Notes under the pieces: generated by a model
Databases searched by the model: none
Told to the model about the DNA's origin: nothing
Seen by the model: the letters and a program-made list of their open reading frames with translations, nothing else
Position numbers and translations under genes: made by a program
Part shown: positions 18,410 through 30,276 of the stretch, in pieces
Position numbering within the stretch: position 1 is the stretch's first letter
Layout: each line of letters opens with the position of its first letter
NCBI GenBank assembly: GCA_029261035.1
Contig: JAJDCD010000004.1
Coordinates: 68,765 to 132,764 of the forward strand
Reading direction: 5' to 3'
Length of the DNA: 64,000 nt
From: Candidatus Omnitrophota bacterium
GTDB taxonomy: Bacteria; Omnitrophota; Omnitrophia; Omnitrophales; JACROU01

Positions 18410-19222
18410 ATGGCTTTTGACTACTCTATCTTATATAATAACATCATGTTAGATATTTTTAGAAATAATACAAAACTCATTATTTGGCTTATAGTTGGTT
18501 CCTTCTGCTTATGGGGTGTTGGCTCTGGTGTCATGTCAGGAACTTCAGGAGGGAATGCTGCAGGGAAAGTCTTCAACAAGAAAGTTTCAAACCAAGAATT
18601 CAATCGGTACCTAAAGATTGTCCAAATTTTTGGTGGTTCTGACATTGAAGAATTTACTCAAACACAATTAGAATCTCAGGCTTGGAAGCAAATCGCCTTG
18701 GCTATGAAGGCTGATCAATTAGGCTTCAAAGTTTCGAATGAAGAAGTTGGCACTCAAATCATGTCCAAAATGTCTGAACAAGGGGCCTTCGATCAAAATT
18801 TCTATGAAAGATGGGTTAAAAATGTTTTCAAAGAAAACCCAAGATCTTTCGAAGAAATGATGAGGCAAATGATAGCAACTGAAAAAATGATGGCTGCCAA
18901 TGTATCAACAACAACAATTTCTGATTTAGAACTCCAAGAACGCTATAAAAAAGCTTACCCTAACTCCAACGACGAGGATTATGATAAAGTAAAATCTGGA
19001 TATCGAATGGCTACGGAAGAGATATTACAGTTGGAATCTCGTGGTAATTTTATTAATGAAATTCTTGAAGAAGCTCAAATAGAAAGTTTTATCGAAAAAG
19101 AAAGAATTGCCGAAGAAGAGATGGAAAGTAAAATGAAACTACAGACGCCAGGGTCTCGTCTTTCAACTTACGTACCCAAACCAGATACTCTTTCGAAAGA
19201 AGAAACCTCAGAACCCAAATAA
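18410..19222 (+). CDS. SurA-N/PpiD-like periplasmic chaperone domain protein (no PPIase domain)
   Basis: 270 aa. N-terminal TM, then a PpiD/SurA N-terminal-like segment. The start may be an internal Met (18446). Confidence 0.5.
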   Translation: MAFDYSILYNNIMLDIFRNNTKLIIWLIVGSFCLWGVGSGVMSGTSGGNAAGKVFNKKVSNQEFNRYLKIVQIFGGSDIEEFTQTQLESQAWKQIALAMKADQLGFKVSNEEVGTQIMSKMSEQGAFDQNFYERWVKNVFKENPRSFEEMMRQMIATEKMMAANVSTTTISDLELQERYKKAYPNSNDEDYDKVKSGYRMATEEILQLESRGNFINEILEEAQIESFIEKERIAEEEMESKMKLQTPGSRLSTYVPKPDTLSKEETSEPK

Positions 19223-19355
19223 ACATTGAGGGGATTTTTCTAAGTTGTTCTTTTGACAAGGCATGGAACTGAAGTTGCCGCAGTCGTAGTTTTGCTACGA
19301 TGAGGAAATCTTCTGTTCCATAACGCAGTCAAAAGGATCAAATTAGGGAAATTAA

Positions 19356-19808
19356 TTACTTCGCAAGCAATGTTTTTAATTCACTCATAAAATGATTAAT
19401 ATCTTTAAACTGCCGATACACACTTGCAAATCGAACATAAGCGACTTCATCAATGTTCGATAGTTTTTGCATAACAAACTCCCCTATCAATTGAGAAGGA
19501 ATCTCACGATCAAACTCATCATCGATGTGTTTTTCAAGGTCTGAGATAATCTGATCTTGAACTTCAGCAGAAATAGGTCTCTTTTCACATGCTTTTTGAA
19601 TTCCATTCAAGAGCTTGATGCGATCAAACTGTTCTCTGTCACCATTTTTCTTAATAACAAGTAATGGAATTTCCTCTACTCGTTCATAAGTTGTAAAACG
19701 ACGATTACATTTAACACATTCTCGTCGTCTACGAATGACTTCGCTCTCATTTACAGAACGAGAATCAATCACCTTATCATCATCATGTTTACAAAACGGA
19801 CATTTCAT
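19356..19808 (-). CDS. nrdR: Transcriptional repressor NrdR
   Basis: [19 protein letters not shown] zinc ribbon plus ATP-cone. 150 aa. Confidence 0.9.
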   Translation of the reverse strand: MKCPFCKHDDDKVIDSRSVNESEVIRRRRECVKCNRRFTTYERVEEIPLLVIKKNGDREQFDRIKLLNGIQKACEKRPISAEVQDQIISDLEKHIDDEFDREIPSQLIGEFVMQKLSNIDEVAYVRFASVYRQFKDINHFMSELKTLLAK

Positions 19809-19848
19809 TATTTTTTCCTCTATTTAGTAACAATCCTATACTAGAAAT

Positions 19849-21138
19849 TTAGAATTTACTTCTTAAAGCTCCGTATAGCGGAAATTTTTCAACTAGAACA
19901 CCCACACGGTCACGAATCTTCTGTTTATCGTCATCTGTAATATTTTTATTGAGTGCTAAGTTAATTACATCTCCAATTTCTTCCATCTCAGCTTCTTTCA
20001 TTCCTCGACCTGTTACCGCAGGAGTTCCTAAACGAATTCCAGAAGCAACAAACGGAGAATTTGTATCGAAAGGGATGCAATTCTTATTTACGGTAATTCG
20101 TACTTCATCAAGTAAATTAGAAGCTTCCTTTCCTGTAAAATCTTTAGCCGTAACATCCAACAACATCAAATGGTTATCTGTTCCACCAGAAACAATTCTA
20201 AAACCACTGTCCTGCATTTTTTTAGCCAAAGCACGAGAATTCAATACAATTTGCTTTTGATAAACTTTAAATTCATCAGAAAGCGCTTCTTTTAAAGCAA
20301 CCGCTTTAGCTGCAATCACATGTTGCAACGGTCCTCCTTGAACCCCTGGGAAGATCACACTGTCTAATTTCTTCGCATACTCTTCTCTACAAAGAATCAA
20401 ACCACCCCGAGGCCCTCTTAAAGTTTTATGTGTCGTGGTTGTTACAAAGTCCGCAAAAGGAACTGGACTTGGATGTTCTCCTGTAGCAACCAAACCTGCA
20501 AAGTGAGCCATATCCACTAATAATTTTGCCCCTACTTTATCTGCAATTTCACGACTACGCTTAAAATCTATAATTCTAGAATAAGCAGAAGCACCCATAA
20601 TCAATAGCTTAGGCTTATGCTCCACAGCTAACCGTTCAATCTCATCATAATCTAGAAGTTCTGTTTCTTTGTTTACTCCGTAAGGAATAATATCAAAGTA
20701 TTTACCAGAAAAATTCATTGGATGACCATGACTTAAATGCCCACCATGAGCTAAATCCATTGCTAGAATTTTATCTCCCAACTCTAGACAAGTCATAAAA
20801 ACAGCAACATTTGCTGTTGTTCCAGAGTGAGGCTGAACATTTGCATGATCAGCACCAAATAATTTTTTAGCACGGTCTATCGCTAACTGCTCTGTCACAT
20901 CTACATTCTCACATCCCCCATACCATCTTTTTCCTGGGTAACCTTCAGCATATTTATTGGTCAATGCGGACCCTTGAGCTTCAAGAACTGCTTCAGATAC
21001 AAAGTTCTCACTCGCAATCAATTCGATATTTTCGTGTTGTCTGAAAGTTTCCTTTTTAATCATTTCATAAACTTCTGGATCTTGTTTTTTTAGGTTAGGA
21101 TATAACCCATCTTGTGTTTGTGTCATTGTGCTCATCAC
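19849..21138 (-). CDS. glyA: Serine hydroxymethyltransferase
   Basis: 429 aa. PLP-lysine motif [14 protein letters not shown] and overall SHMT conservation. Confidence 0.9.
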   Translation of the reverse strand: MMSTMTQTQDGLYPNLKKQDPEVYEMIKKETFRQHENIELIASENFVSEAVLEAQGSALTNKYAEGYPGKRWYGGCENVDVTEQLAIDRAKKLFGADHANVQPHSGTTANVAVFMTCLELGDKILAMDLAHGGHLSHGHPMNFSGKYFDIIPYGVNKETELLDYDEIERLAVEHKPKLLIMGASAYSRIIDFKRSREIADKVGAKLLVDMAHFAGLVATGEHPSPVPFADFVTTTTHKTLRGPRGGLILCREEYAKKLDSVIFPGVQGGPLQHVIAAKAVALKEALSDEFKVYQKQIVLNSRALAKKMQDSGFRIVSGGTDNHLMLLDVTAKDFTGKEASNLLDEVRITVNKNCIPFDTNSPFVASGIRLGTPAVTGRGMKEAEMEEIGDVINLALNKNITDDDKQKIRDRVGVLVEKFPLYGALRSKF

Positions 21139-21599
21139 TTCCCCTCATATTTGGTTATTTTATTAATTCGTTTTTCATGTCTTCCACCTTCAAAAGCTGT
21201 TTTTAACCATGTTTCTATAATCAGTTTTGAATCTTTTTTAGCAACAAACATAGATCCTAAAACTAGGACATTCGCATTGGTATGCAAACGAGAAAGTTTT
21301 GCCATCTTTTTATTTAAACATAAAGCAGCTCTAACTCCCTTAACCTTATTTGCTGTCACGGCCATACCAATCCCGGATTTACAAATTAATATTCCTTTTC
21401 TATCTTTCTCTTTTCCTACTTTTTTCGCTAGCTTCAAAGCATAGTCTGTGTAATCGACTGAACTTTCAGAGTGAGTCCCAAGGTCTTTCACAGGCACATT
21501 CATTTTAGTCAGTATTTGAACAATATGTTGTTTTAACTTCACACCGCCATGGTCCGAAGCAATTAGTATTTCAGAACCCATTCCATCTCCTTTTTGCAT
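21135..21599 (-). CDS. rpiB: Ribose-5-phosphate isomerase B
   Basis: 154 aa. RpiB/LacAB signature ([21 protein letters not shown]). 4-bp overlap with glyA. Confidence 0.85.
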   Translation of the reverse strand: MQKGDGMGSEILIASDHGGVKLKQHIVQILTKMNVPVKDLGTHSESSVDYTDYALKLAKKVGKEKDRKGILICKSGIGMAVTANKVKGVRAALCLNKKMAKLSRLHTNANVLVLGSMFVAKKDSKLIIETWLKTAFEGGRHEKRINKITKYEGK

Positions 21600-22633
21600 T
21601 TTTCATCAATCTCTTGGAACACCTTCGCATAACTAGCAACACTTAATCCAAGAGGATCTCCGATTTCCAAAACTTTAATTCTGTTCTCAACTTCTGGAAT
21701 CAATTCCACAATATAATTCTTATGCTGCTCTGTCATGACAAAGATATAATCCGATTCTAAAATCAACTCTGCACTTAATGTTCTTGATCTCTGATGAGAA
21801 ATATCAATGCCGGCTTTATTACACACCTGTATTGATTCTTCCGCCGGTGGAATCCCCGTAAATGCAGATGTGCCGCAGGACGTCACAATGTATTTATCAG
21901 ACAGACCCTGTTTTTCTAAAGCGTTACGCATCCAACCTTCACCCATAGGACTTCGACACGTATTCCCTGTGCAAACAAATAAAACCTGCTTTTTTAATGT
22001 CCTATTATTTTCAAATTCTTTCAAAGCTTCTTTTACCTTTTGAGCATTAGTCCCTTCTCTAATAATTTGAGCGGGCCATCCAGTTAAATCAATAATGGTG
22101 GAAGCCTCTTTTAAATCAGTCTTCCCTCCATCAATATAAAGCGCCACTTTATCTTCAAAAGCAGCTTTTGCTTCTTCTGCAGAATTTGCAGGTATTTCAC
22201 TACTCTTATTTGCACTTGTTGCTAAAACAGGTTCCCCCACATACTCTATGAGCTTTCTTGCAATTTTATGACTCGGAAATCGGTAACCTATAATTTCCCC
22301 ATTCACATGCTTAACAATTAACGTTATGGGACCAGGGAAAAAACGGTGTACTAAAAACCGAATTAAATAAGAAAAATATATATTTTCTAAGTCCAAAAAA
22401 CGCAAACTCGAAATATGATAAGTAAGAGGTTTGTGCTCCTCCCGACCTTTTAAATCATATATTTTCGATACCGACTTCTTCTGCGAAAGAGCAACTCCTA
22501 CACCGTAAACTGTTTCTGTAGGAAAAACAACTATCTTACCTTTTTTTAAAAGATCAGCTGCTTTTTTAATTTTTTCTAAGTCTATATCCTCAGGGTCAAT
22601 TTTAAAAATCTCAGAAGACACTATTTTAGTCAT
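21563..22633 (-). CDS. Fusion protein: L-threonylcarbamoyladenylate synthase (Sua5/YrdC/YwlC) + low-molecular-weight protein tyrosine/arginine phosphatase (YwlE-like)
   Basis: N-terminal YrdC domain (KGKIVVFPTETVYGVG). C-terminal LMW-PTP P-loop VLFVCTGNTCRSPMGE (CX5R). Confidence 0.75.
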   Translation of the reverse strand: MTKIVSSEIFKIDPEDIDLEKIKKAADLLKKGKIVVFPTETVYGVGVALSQKKSVSKIYDLKGREEHKPLTYHISSLRFLDLENIYFSYLIRFLVHRFFPGPITLIVKHVNGEIIGYRFPSHKIARKLIEYVGEPVLATSANKSSEIPANSAEEAKAAFEDKVALYIDGGKTDLKEASTIIDLTGWPAQIIREGTNAQKVKEALKEFENNRTLKKQVLFVCTGNTCRSPMGEGWMRNALEKQGLSDKYIVTSCGTSAFTGIPPAEESIQVCNKAGIDISHQRSRTLSAELILESDYIFVMTEQHKNYIVELIPEVENRIKVLEIGDPLGLSVASYAKVFQEIDEKCKKEMEWVLKY

Positions 22634-22652
22634 AAGTGAAGAACCTAATAAA

Positions 22653-23162
22653 CTACAAAGAAACTTCTTTTAATTTACTTTGTAACTTTTTATTCTTAGC
22701 ATCAATTTTAGATTCAAATTGAGCTCTATAATTTTTTAGTTTGGTTTCAATTTTTTTATTTGAAAGCGCTAAAATCTGACACGCCAAAAGCGCTGAATTA
22801 AGAGCTCCTGGTTTCCCAATCGCTACAGTTGCTACCGGCATTCCTCCAGGCATTTGAACTGTAGATAACAATGAGTCAAGACCTCCCAAGTTTTGAGTTT
22901 CAATTGGAACGCCAATAACCGGAAGAGTCGTGTGAGCGGCACAAACTCCTGCCAAATGAGCTGCTCCACCTGCTGCAGCAATAATCACTTTCGTCCCCAT
23001 CTTTTTAAGGCCTGCCAAATACTTAACCAAGGTCTTAGGCGTTCTATGCGCAGACAAAACTCTCACATCGTAAGTAACTCCAAAATCTTTTAAGGTACTT
23101 ATCGCAGGTTTCAACTGTTCTAAATCAGAATCACTTCCCATTAAAATAACAACTTGTTTCAT
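22653..23162 (-). CDS. purE: N5-carboxyaminoimidazole ribonucleotide mutase
   Basis: 169 aa. PurE motif (GSDSDL, AGGAAHLAG). Confidence 0.9.
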   Translation of the reverse strand: MKQVVILMGSDSDLEQLKPAISTLKDFGVTYDVRVLSAHRTPKTLVKYLAGLKKMGTKVIIAAAGGAAHLAGVCAAHTTLPVIGVPIETQNLGGLDSLLSTVQMPGGMPVATVAIGKPGALNSALLACQILALSNKKIETKLKNYRAQFESKIDAKNKKLQSKLKEVSL

Positions 23163-23191
23163 TAGAGACTCCTTTTTTCCTTTAAAATTAC

Positions 23192-24469
23192 TCAGCTGAC
23201 CGTTTTTAAAATTTGATATCCAATATCCGTTCTAAATTGCATTCCCTCAAAAGAAATAGCTTTAATTGCTTCATAAGCATTTTCTCTTGCGTCTAATAAA
23301 GTTTCTCCTAAAGCCGTAACCCCTAGAACACGCCCTCCAGAAGTAACAACCTCTCCAGCATCATTCATCGCTGTTCCTGCATGAAAGACAGTCACGTTCT
23401 CATTATCCGCTTCTTTCAACCCTGAAATAGGAATTCCTTTTTTATATTCTCCTGGGTATCCTCCAGCGGCCAAAACAACCGTCATAGAAGCTCTATGATC
23501 CCACTCCAACTGAGTCTTTGAAAGGTCCCCTTTTGCAGAAGCCATGAGAACGTCTAGCAAATCATTTTTAAGTCTAAATAACACCGACTGAGCTTCTGGA
23601 TCTCCAAAACGAACGTTGAATTCCAAAACCTTTGGCCCTTGCTCTGTTAACATAAGCCCTCCATACAAAAGTCCTTTAAAGGGAATTCCTTCTTCTTTTA
23701 ATCCTTGTACCACTGGTTTCATTGTTTTCTCAACAAGACTCTGAATGTCTTTTTCTAAAACAAAAGGATATGGAGAATAAGCTCCCATACCACCCGTATT
23801 CGGTCCTAGATCTCCATCTAAAGCTCGTTTATGGTCTTGAGAGCTAGCAAGAGGGATAACCCTTTCCCCATCCGTCAAACCCAAAATAGAAATTTCTGGC
23901 CCCGTTAAACACTCCTCAATTAAAACTTTTTGCCCCGCATCTCCGAAAATTTTATTTTTAAATATTTCATCCAAAACTTTCACAGACTCCTCTGCCGAAG
24001 ACAAAACAAAAACTCCTTTTCCAGCACATAAACCATCCGCTTTAATAACCAAAGGATAATCTGCGTTTACAACATAAGCTTTGGCCTTGTCTAAATCTGT
24101 AAAAACCTCAAAATCTGCAGTCGGCACATGATATTTTTTCATTACTTCTTTTGAAAAAATCTTAGACCCTTCTAGCTGAGCCCCTGCTTTACTTGGACCA
24201 AAAACGGCAAAACCTTGTTCATTAAAGGCATCCACAATCCCATCGACAAGTGGCGCTTCTGGACCTACAACAGTTAGCTCAATATTTTTTTCTTTGGCGA
24301 AAGAAAGTAAAAAATCAAAATCGTGAATATCTCCAGGGACACATTCTGCAAGCCCCTGCATACCTGCATTTCCCGGTATCGCATAAATTTGTTTTACTTT
24401 TGAGCTTTGATTTAACTTCCACACCAATGCATGCTCTCGCCCACCTGAACCAATAACTAAAACATTCAT
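23192..24469 (-). CDS. purD: Phosphoribosylamine-glycine ligase
   Basis: MNVLVIGSGGREHAL...; ATP-grasp. The ORF extends to 24487; start at 24469 is likely. Confidence 0.9.
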   Translation of the reverse strand: MNVLVIGSGGREHALVWKLNQSSKVKQIYAIPGNAGMQGLAECVPGDIHDFDFLLSFAKEKNIELTVVGPEAPLVDGIVDAFNEQGFAVFGPSKAGAQLEGSKIFSKEVMKKYHVPTADFEVFTDLDKAKAYVVNADYPLVIKADGLCAGKGVFVLSSAEESVKVLDEIFKNKIFGDAGQKVLIEECLTGPEISILGLTDGERVIPLASSQDHKRALDGDLGPNTGGMGAYSPYPFVLEKDIQSLVEKTMKPVVQGLKEEGIPFKGLLYGGLMLTEQGPKVLEFNVRFGDPEAQSVLFRLKNDLLDVLMASAKGDLSKTQLEWDHRASMTVVLAAGGYPGEYKKGIPISGLKEADNENVTVFHAGTAMNDAGEVVTSGGRVLGVTALGETLLDARENAYEAIKAISFEGMQFRTDIGYQILKTVS

Positions 24470-24487
24470 ACAAACTCCTTTTTTCAA

Positions 24488-25489
24488 TTAAGCTTTGCCT
24501 AACTGAACACCTTTTCCTTTTACAATAGCCCCAACATCGAAAGCTGCTATTTTTTGCTTCTTAAAAAATGAAAGCGCTTTTGATTTTTCTTTTTCTGAAA
24601 CAACCAAAACCATTCCTATACCCATATTAAACGTTCGATGCATCTCAAAATCATCCAAACTTGCTCTCTTTTGAATTTCGTTAAAAATGGTTGGCACTTT
24701 CCAAGAACCCAACTTAACCTTTGCACCGACACCCGCTTTTAAAACACGAGGAATATTATCAATAAAACCACCGCCCGTTATGTGCGCCATTGCTTTAATC
24801 TTAAATTTATCTAAGGCTTTCAATAAGGGCAACACATAAATTTGAGTCGGTTTTAAAACTTGCTTGCCCCAGGAGCCTGATAATTCCTTTTTTGAAAATA
24901 CTTTTCTAATTAAAGAAAATCCATTACTATGAGGCCCTGTCGAAGCAAGTCCAATCAGCGCATCTCCAGCTTTTACTGATTTGCCTGTAATCACTTTTTT
25001 ACGATCAACCATCCCCACAGAAAATCCTGCTAAGTCATATTTTCCGTCCGTATAAATCCCTGGCATTTCTGCCGTCTCACCACCCACTAAAGCACATCCT
25101 GCTTGCTTGCAGCCTGTGGCAATACCTTTAATTACTTGCTTCGCTTGAATCAGATCTAATTTTCCTACAGCAAAGTAATCTAGAAAAAATATAGGTTTAG
25201 CTCCAGTTACGATAATGTCATTTACGCACATCGCAACAAGATCTATTCCAATCGTATCGTGCTTATTTTGAAATTTAGCTACTTCTAGCTTTGTTCCCAC
25301 ACCATCAGTAGAAGATACAAGCAAAGGGTTTTTAATATTTTGTAATGATGGGTCAAAGAAAGCAGCAAACCCTCCCAAAGAAGAGGTCACACCCTTGATT
25401 CGTGTAGATTTAGACAAAGGCTTGATGTGCTGAACTAACTGATTTCCCTTATCAATATCAACGCCACTTTTTTTATACGTAATTGCCAT
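24488..25489 (-). CDS. purM: Phosphoribosylformylglycinamidine cyclo-ligase (AIR synthetase)
   Basis: 333 aa. PurM N- and C-domain motifs. Confidence 0.9.
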   Translation of the reverse strand: MAITYKKSGVDIDKGNQLVQHIKPLSKSTRIKGVTSSLGGFAAFFDPSLQNIKNPLLVSSTDGVGTKLEVAKFQNKHDTIGIDLVAMCVNDIIVTGAKPIFFLDYFAVGKLDLIQAKQVIKGIATGCKQAGCALVGGETAEMPGIYTDGKYDLAGFSVGMVDRKKVITGKSVKAGDALIGLASTGPHSNGFSLIRKVFSKKELSGSWGKQVLKPTQIYVLPLLKALDKFKIKAMAHITGGGFIDNIPRVLKAGVGAKVKLGSWKVPTIFNEIQKRASLDDFEMHRTFNMGIGMVLVVSEKEKSKALSFFKKQKIAAFDVGAIVKGKGVQLGKA

Positions 25490-25517
25490 AAAAACCTCTA
25501 AAACTAATTTTCATTAA

Positions 25518-26960
25518 TTAAAACTGGCGACCTTTTTCCATGCCAAACTTATCCATTTCATCAATCACTGGACATGGATATGTTTTACTCCAACATGCTG
25601 TACAGTAATCTTGATCTGTGCCCTCAGCTGCCTCTAACATTCCTTCAATACTTAGATATCCAATGGAATCTACATCTAAAAATTTTTTAATTTCTTCCAT
25701 ATTGTGTCGAGAAGCTAACAATTCTTTTGGATCCGGAAAATCAATCCCGTAATAACAAGGAGAAACATGTGGAGGACAACTAATTCTCATATGAACTTCC
25801 TTAGCCCCTGCCTCTCTTAAAGTTCTAACCCTGCTTCGTGCCGTGTTTCCACGCACAATAGAGTCATCAATCACAATCACTCTTTTTCCCTCAACAACTT
25901 CTTTAACTGGATTGAGTTTAACTTTAATTTTAAACTCTCTTTGCGTTGCTGTTGGACTAATAAAGGTACGTCCAATATAGTGATTCCTGGTGAAACCGTT
26001 ATGAAATGGAATTCCAGATTCTAAGGCATAGCCCACAGCAGCAAAATTTCCAGAGTCTGGAACAGGAGTAACCAAATCCGCTTCAACAGGATGTTCTTTT
26101 GCCAATTGTCTTCCCAAATTTTCTCTTACAATTCCAACCGTCTTACCAAACACCTTTGAGTCTGGTCTTGAAAAATAAACGTGCTCAAAAATACAATGCG
26201 CTTTACGAGTCGGGTTATCTTTTAAAGGAAACAAACTCTTAATCCCTGTTTTGTCGATAATAACAATCTCGCCAGGCTCTACATCTCTAACATAAGTAGC
26301 TCCGATTAAATCAAACGCACAGGTTTCAGAAGCTATAAAATAAGAATCATTTAATTTCCCAATACACAAAGGGCGAAACCCATAAGAATCTCTCGCTCCA
26401 ATCAAACTATCTTCCGTTAAAATCACAATTGAAAAAGCACCTTTAATTTTTTGAAAAGCTCCTTCTAAAGCTTCTTCCCTAGTACGATAACTTGGCTTAG
26501 CCATTAAATGAATAATAATTTCCGAATCTGAAGTACTTCCAAAAATAGAACCGTAAGCTTCCAACTCATCGCGAAGCAAACGAGCATTTACCAGGTTTCC
26601 GTTATGTGCAATTGAAATTTTTCCACGAGAGTAATCAACCATATAAGGTTGAGCATTCTTAATTGTAGAGGACCCTGAAGTAGAATACCGCACATGCCCA
26701 ATAGAGGCACTTCCCTTTAAAGCAGCTAAACGGCTTGGGTTAAAAACATCATTGACCAAACCAACATTCTTATGAAGATACAAAGTCTCTCCATCAGAAG
26801 AGCAAATGCCTGCAGCCTCTTCTCCCCTATGTTGAAGAGAAAACAAACCAAGATAAGTCAATTGAGCAGCCTCTTCGTGACCAAAAACACCAAAAACACC
26901 ACATTCATCTTTTAACTTATCTTCATTTGGATCTATCATAGAATTATGCTCATCTGTCAT
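25518..26960 (-). CDS. purF: Amidophosphoribosyltransferase
   Basis: 480 aa. N-terminal Cys (DECGVFGV) and a PRTase motif. Confidence 0.9.
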   Translation of the reverse strand: MTDEHNSMIDPNEDKLKDECGVFGVFGHEEAAQLTYLGLFSLQHRGEEAAGICSSDGETLYLHKNVGLVNDVFNPSRLAALKGSASIGHVRYSTSGSSTIKNAQPYMVDYSRGKISIAHNGNLVNARLLRDELEAYGSIFGSTSDSEIIIHLMAKPSYRTREEALEGAFQKIKGAFSIVILTEDSLIGARDSYGFRPLCIGKLNDSYFIASETCAFDLIGATYVRDVEPGEIVIIDKTGIKSLFPLKDNPTRKAHCIFEHVYFSRPDSKVFGKTVGIVRENLGRQLAKEHPVEADLVTPVPDSGNFAAVGYALESGIPFHNGFTRNHYIGRTFISPTATQREFKIKVKLNPVKEVVEGKRVIVIDDSIVRGNTARSRVRTLREAGAKEVHMRISCPPHVSPCYYGIDFPDPKELLASRHNMEEIKKFLDVDSIGYLSIEGMLEAAEGTDQDYCTACWSKTYPCPVIDEMDKFGMEKGRQF

Positions 26961-26973
26961 GGTTTATGTCCGC

Positions 26974-29241
26974 CTAAGATTGTGTTTCCATTCTTCTTGG
27001 AATCGCTTGTCTAAAAATTTGTTCCAACTCACTGACAGGAAGATCTATCAATTTATCCATTTGAACTCTATTCCCTTCAACAACACCCACCTTTTGAAAG
27101 GGTACTTTTGTTTCCTTTAAAACAACTTCTAACGCTTCCACATTCTCAGGATCACAGCTCGCAATAACCCGCGATTGAGATTCTCCGAAAAGTAACGCGT
27201 CTTTTCTCACTTCCCCTTCATTAAAGACACCTAATGAATCCAATTTAGCGCCTAAGCTTTTACCCGATTCCGAAAAGCAACATTCCGTAAGAGCAACAGC
27301 AAATCCACCATCCGAAAGATCATGACAAGAACGGAGTAATTTTTTTTGCTGCGATTGATGAATCGCTTTATAAAGTTGTTTTTCTTTTTCCAAATCAAGC
27401 TTTGGAGGCAATCCAGCACGAACACCCTGAACTTCGGCAAGATACTGTGATCCTCCAATTTCATTAAAAGTTTCACCCATCAAATAAATAACATCTCCTT
27501 GTTCCTGAAAAGCAGAAGGAGTTCTAAGCTCAATATCTGGAAGAACACCTACCAAACCAATGGTTGGCGTTGGGTAAATTGCACCTGAAGGGTTCTCGTT
27601 ATAAAGACTTACATTCCCACCTGTGATCGGAACATCAAAGGCATTACAAGCATCTTTAATTCCGTCAATTGCTTGGTGAAATTGCCAGAAAATTTCAGGT
27701 TTCATTGGATTACCAAAATTCAAACAATCTGTAACTCCAATAGGATGCCCTCCAACACAAACCACATTACGAGCCGCTTCGCTCACAGCAATTTTTGCTC
27801 CTTCGTACGGATCCAAGTAACAATACAAACCATTACAATCTGTCGAAACAGCTAAACCCCGATTAGTCCCTTTAATACGAACGAGCGCAGCATCATGCCC
27901 TGGAATATAAACAGAGTCCGTTCGAACCATGTGGTCGTATTGCTCATAAATCCAAGATTTCGATGCAATAGAAGGAACATCCATTAGTTTTTTTAACGTT
28001 TCATTAAAGTCCGTTGGTTCCTTAACAGTATTAATATCAAATGCACGTGTTTCTTTTAAGTACTCAGGTTCTTTTTCTTCTCTAATATAAATAGGTCCGT
28101 CATCGGCCAATGCTTTAGCAGGAATTTCCGCAACTAGTTTTTCTCCTTCGAATACGCGCATCATATGACCTTCGCATACTTCCCCAATATTAACTGCATG
28201 CAAATCCCACTTTTCAAAAATTGCCTCTACTTCTTTTTCTTTCCCTTTTTTACCAATAATAAGCATACGTTCTTGAGACTCAGACAACATAGTCTCATAA
28301 GGAATCATTCCCGTTTCTCTCATAGGCACTTTATTTAAATCAATCTGAACTCCAGAATTCCCGCGACTCGCTGTCTCACAAGTAGAACAGGTAAGGCCGG
28401 CAGCACCCATATCCTGAATTCCAACAATCTCTCCAGATTTAATTACCTCAAGACAAGCCTCCAATAATAATTTCTCTTTAAATGGATCTCCAACCTGAAC
28501 TGCTGGCCTATCTTCAGTGGACTCTTCTGTTAACTCTTTTGAAGCAAAAGCGGCGCCTCCCAAACCATCTCTTCCTGTCGTAGCTCCGACATAAAAAATA
28601 GGATTTCCAACTCCTGTAGCAGCTCCCTTAGACAACTCTTCATGCTTTAAAAGCCCCATACTCATTACATTAACCAAAGGATTACCACTATAAGATTCAT
28701 CAAAGTAAATCTCCCCACCTACGGTAGGAATACCAATACAATTTCCATAATGAGCCACACCCGCCACGACACCCTTAAGTAAATGCTTCGCTTCTTTTGT
28801 ATCTAAACTACCAAAACGAAGAGAGTTCATATTCATAATAGGGCGCGCACCCATAGTAAATATATCTCTTAAAATCCCGCCCAAACCTGTAGCAGCACCT
28901 TGGAAAGGCTCTATCGCTGATGGGTGATTGTGACTTTCAATTTTAAAAACGACAGCATATCCATCCCCGATGTCCAAACAACCTGCATTTTCCTCGCCCG
29001 CTTTTACCATAACTTTAGGTCCACTCGTCGGCAATGTCTTTAAAAGAGGTTTGGAATTTTTGTAGCTGCAATGTTCAGACCACATCACACTAAAAATACC
29101 CAGCTCTGTAAAGTTAGGCTCTCTTCCTAATATTTCTTTAATTCGAGAATATTCCTCAGGTGTAATTCCGTGATCAGCAATCACTTCCGGTGTTATCTCT
29201 GGCTCTTGTTTTCTTTGCGTTTGTTCTGTCATAGTATTCAT
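26974..29241 (-). CDS. purL: Phosphoribosylformylglycinamidine synthase subunit PurL (FGAM synthase II)
   Basis: PurL N/C AIRS-like domains. The ORF extends to 29298, but the internal Met at 29241 avoids overlap with purQ. Confidence 0.9.
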   Translation of the reverse strand: MNTMTEQTQRKQEPEITPEVIADHGITPEEYSRIKEILGREPNFTELGIFSVMWSEHCSYKNSKPLLKTLPTSGPKVMVKAGEENAGCLDIGDGYAVVFKIESHNHPSAIEPFQGAATGLGGILRDIFTMGARPIMNMNSLRFGSLDTKEAKHLLKGVVAGVAHYGNCIGIPTVGGEIYFDESYSGNPLVNVMSMGLLKHEELSKGAATGVGNPIFYVGATTGRDGLGGAAFASKELTEESTEDRPAVQVGDPFKEKLLLEACLEVIKSGEIVGIQDMGAAGLTCSTCETASRGNSGVQIDLNKVPMRETGMIPYETMLSESQERMLIIGKKGKEKEVEAIFEKWDLHAVNIGEVCEGHMMRVFEGEKLVAEIPAKALADDGPIYIREEKEPEYLKETRAFDINTVKEPTDFNETLKKLMDVPSIASKSWIYEQYDHMVRTDSVYIPGHDAALVRIKGTNRGLAVSTDCNGLYCYLDPYEGAKIAVSEAARNVVCVGGHPIGVTDCLNFGNPMKPEIFWQFHQAIDGIKDACNAFDVPITGGNVSLYNENPSGAIYPTPTIGLVGVLPDIELRTPSAFQEQGDVIYLMGETFNEIGGSQYLAEVQGVRAGLPPKLDLEKEKQLYKAIHQSQQKKLLRSCHDLSDGGFAVALTECCFSESGKSLGAKLDSLGVFNEGEVRKDALLFGESQSRVIASCDPENVEALEVVLKETKVPFQKVGVVEGNRVQMDKLIDLPVSELEQIFRQAIPRRMETQS

Positions 29242-29263
29242 AATTTCCCTTTGTGAGTTCAAC

Positions 29264-29944
29264 TTAAACCAAAACGGATTCCCAAATACACTTCCCATCT
29301 ACGCCACCCAAGATTTCTTCTGAAACTCTTTCAGGATGAGGCATCATTCCTAATATATTTCCTTTATCATTTATAATCCCTGCAATACTCTCTCTACTTC
29401 CATTCGGATTAAAACAATCCGCTTCTTCCCCTGTCTCGGACACGTATTTAAAAATAATCTTATTCTCATCTTTTAATTTCTGAATCGTATCATCATCTGC
29501 AGTATAGTTCCCCTCCCCATGGGCAATAGGAATCTGAATCAACTGGCCTGAGTTCATTTTATTCGTAAATGCCGTATCATTATTTTCGCAACGAAGCCAA
29601 ACAGGTTTACAGATAAATTTCATGGAACGGTTAGGCAACATTGCCCCTGGCAACAAACCAGACTCTAATAAAATTTGAAATCCATTACAAATCCCAATGA
29701 CTTTCCCACCTTTTTTAGCATACGAGATCACTTCATTCATAATGGGAGAAAACCGAGCAATAGCACCTGTCCTTAAATAATCTCCATAACTAAAACCACC
29801 AGGCAATACAACCAAATCTGTTTTATTCAATTGGGTCTCTTTATGCCATACAAACTCTGTATCCATACCCATAACGCTACTTAAAACATTAAAACAATCC
29901 GTATCACAATTTGAACCTGGAAATACAACAACAGAAGCTTTCAT
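29264..29944 (-). CDS. purQ: Phosphoribosylformylglycinamidine synthase glutaminase subunit PurQ
   Basis: 226 aa. Class I glutamine amidotransferase (GICNGFQ..., HPE). Confidence 0.9.
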   Translation of the reverse strand: MKASVVVFPGSNCDTDCFNVLSSVMGMDTEFVWHKETQLNKTDLVVLPGGFSYGDYLRTGAIARFSPIMNEVISYAKKGGKVIGICNGFQILLESGLLPGAMLPNRSMKFICKPVWLRCENNDTAFTNKMNSGQLIQIPIAHGEGNYTADDDTIQKLKDENKIIFKYVSETGEEADCFNPNGSRESIAGIINDKGNILGMMPHPERVSEEILGGVDGKCIWESVLV

Positions 29945-29985
29945 AATTATATCCTCTAAAGATTTAGTAGTTATCCATCTGAAAT

Positions 29986-30243
29986 CTAAGCTATTTTTTC
30001 TAGCTCTACGGTGTAATCCTCAATCACAGGGTTAATTAACAACTTATCGCACATCGCATCAATTTGTATTTTCGCATCCGCTTCATCTTTCGCTTTCAGC
30101 CTCACTTCAAAAAACTTTCCGACACGAAGACTCTCTGTTTGATCAAAACCCATAGAGTGCAACGACTCCAACACCGTTTGACCTTGCGGATCTAAAACTG
30201 ATTTTCTTAAAGTAACATTTAACTTTGCATTAAAATTTTCCAT
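29986..30243 (-). CDS. purS: Phosphoribosylformylglycinamidine synthase subunit PurS
   Basis: 85-aa PurS-like protein sitting between purC and purQ. Confidence 0.85.
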   Translation of the reverse strand: MENFNAKLNVTLRKSVLDPQGQTVLESLHSMGFDQTESLRVGKFFEVRLKAKDEADAKIQIDAMCDKLLINPVIEDYTVELEKIA

Positions 30244-30276
30244 GTTAATTTCCTTTATATTGGGCCTAGATTTTCT

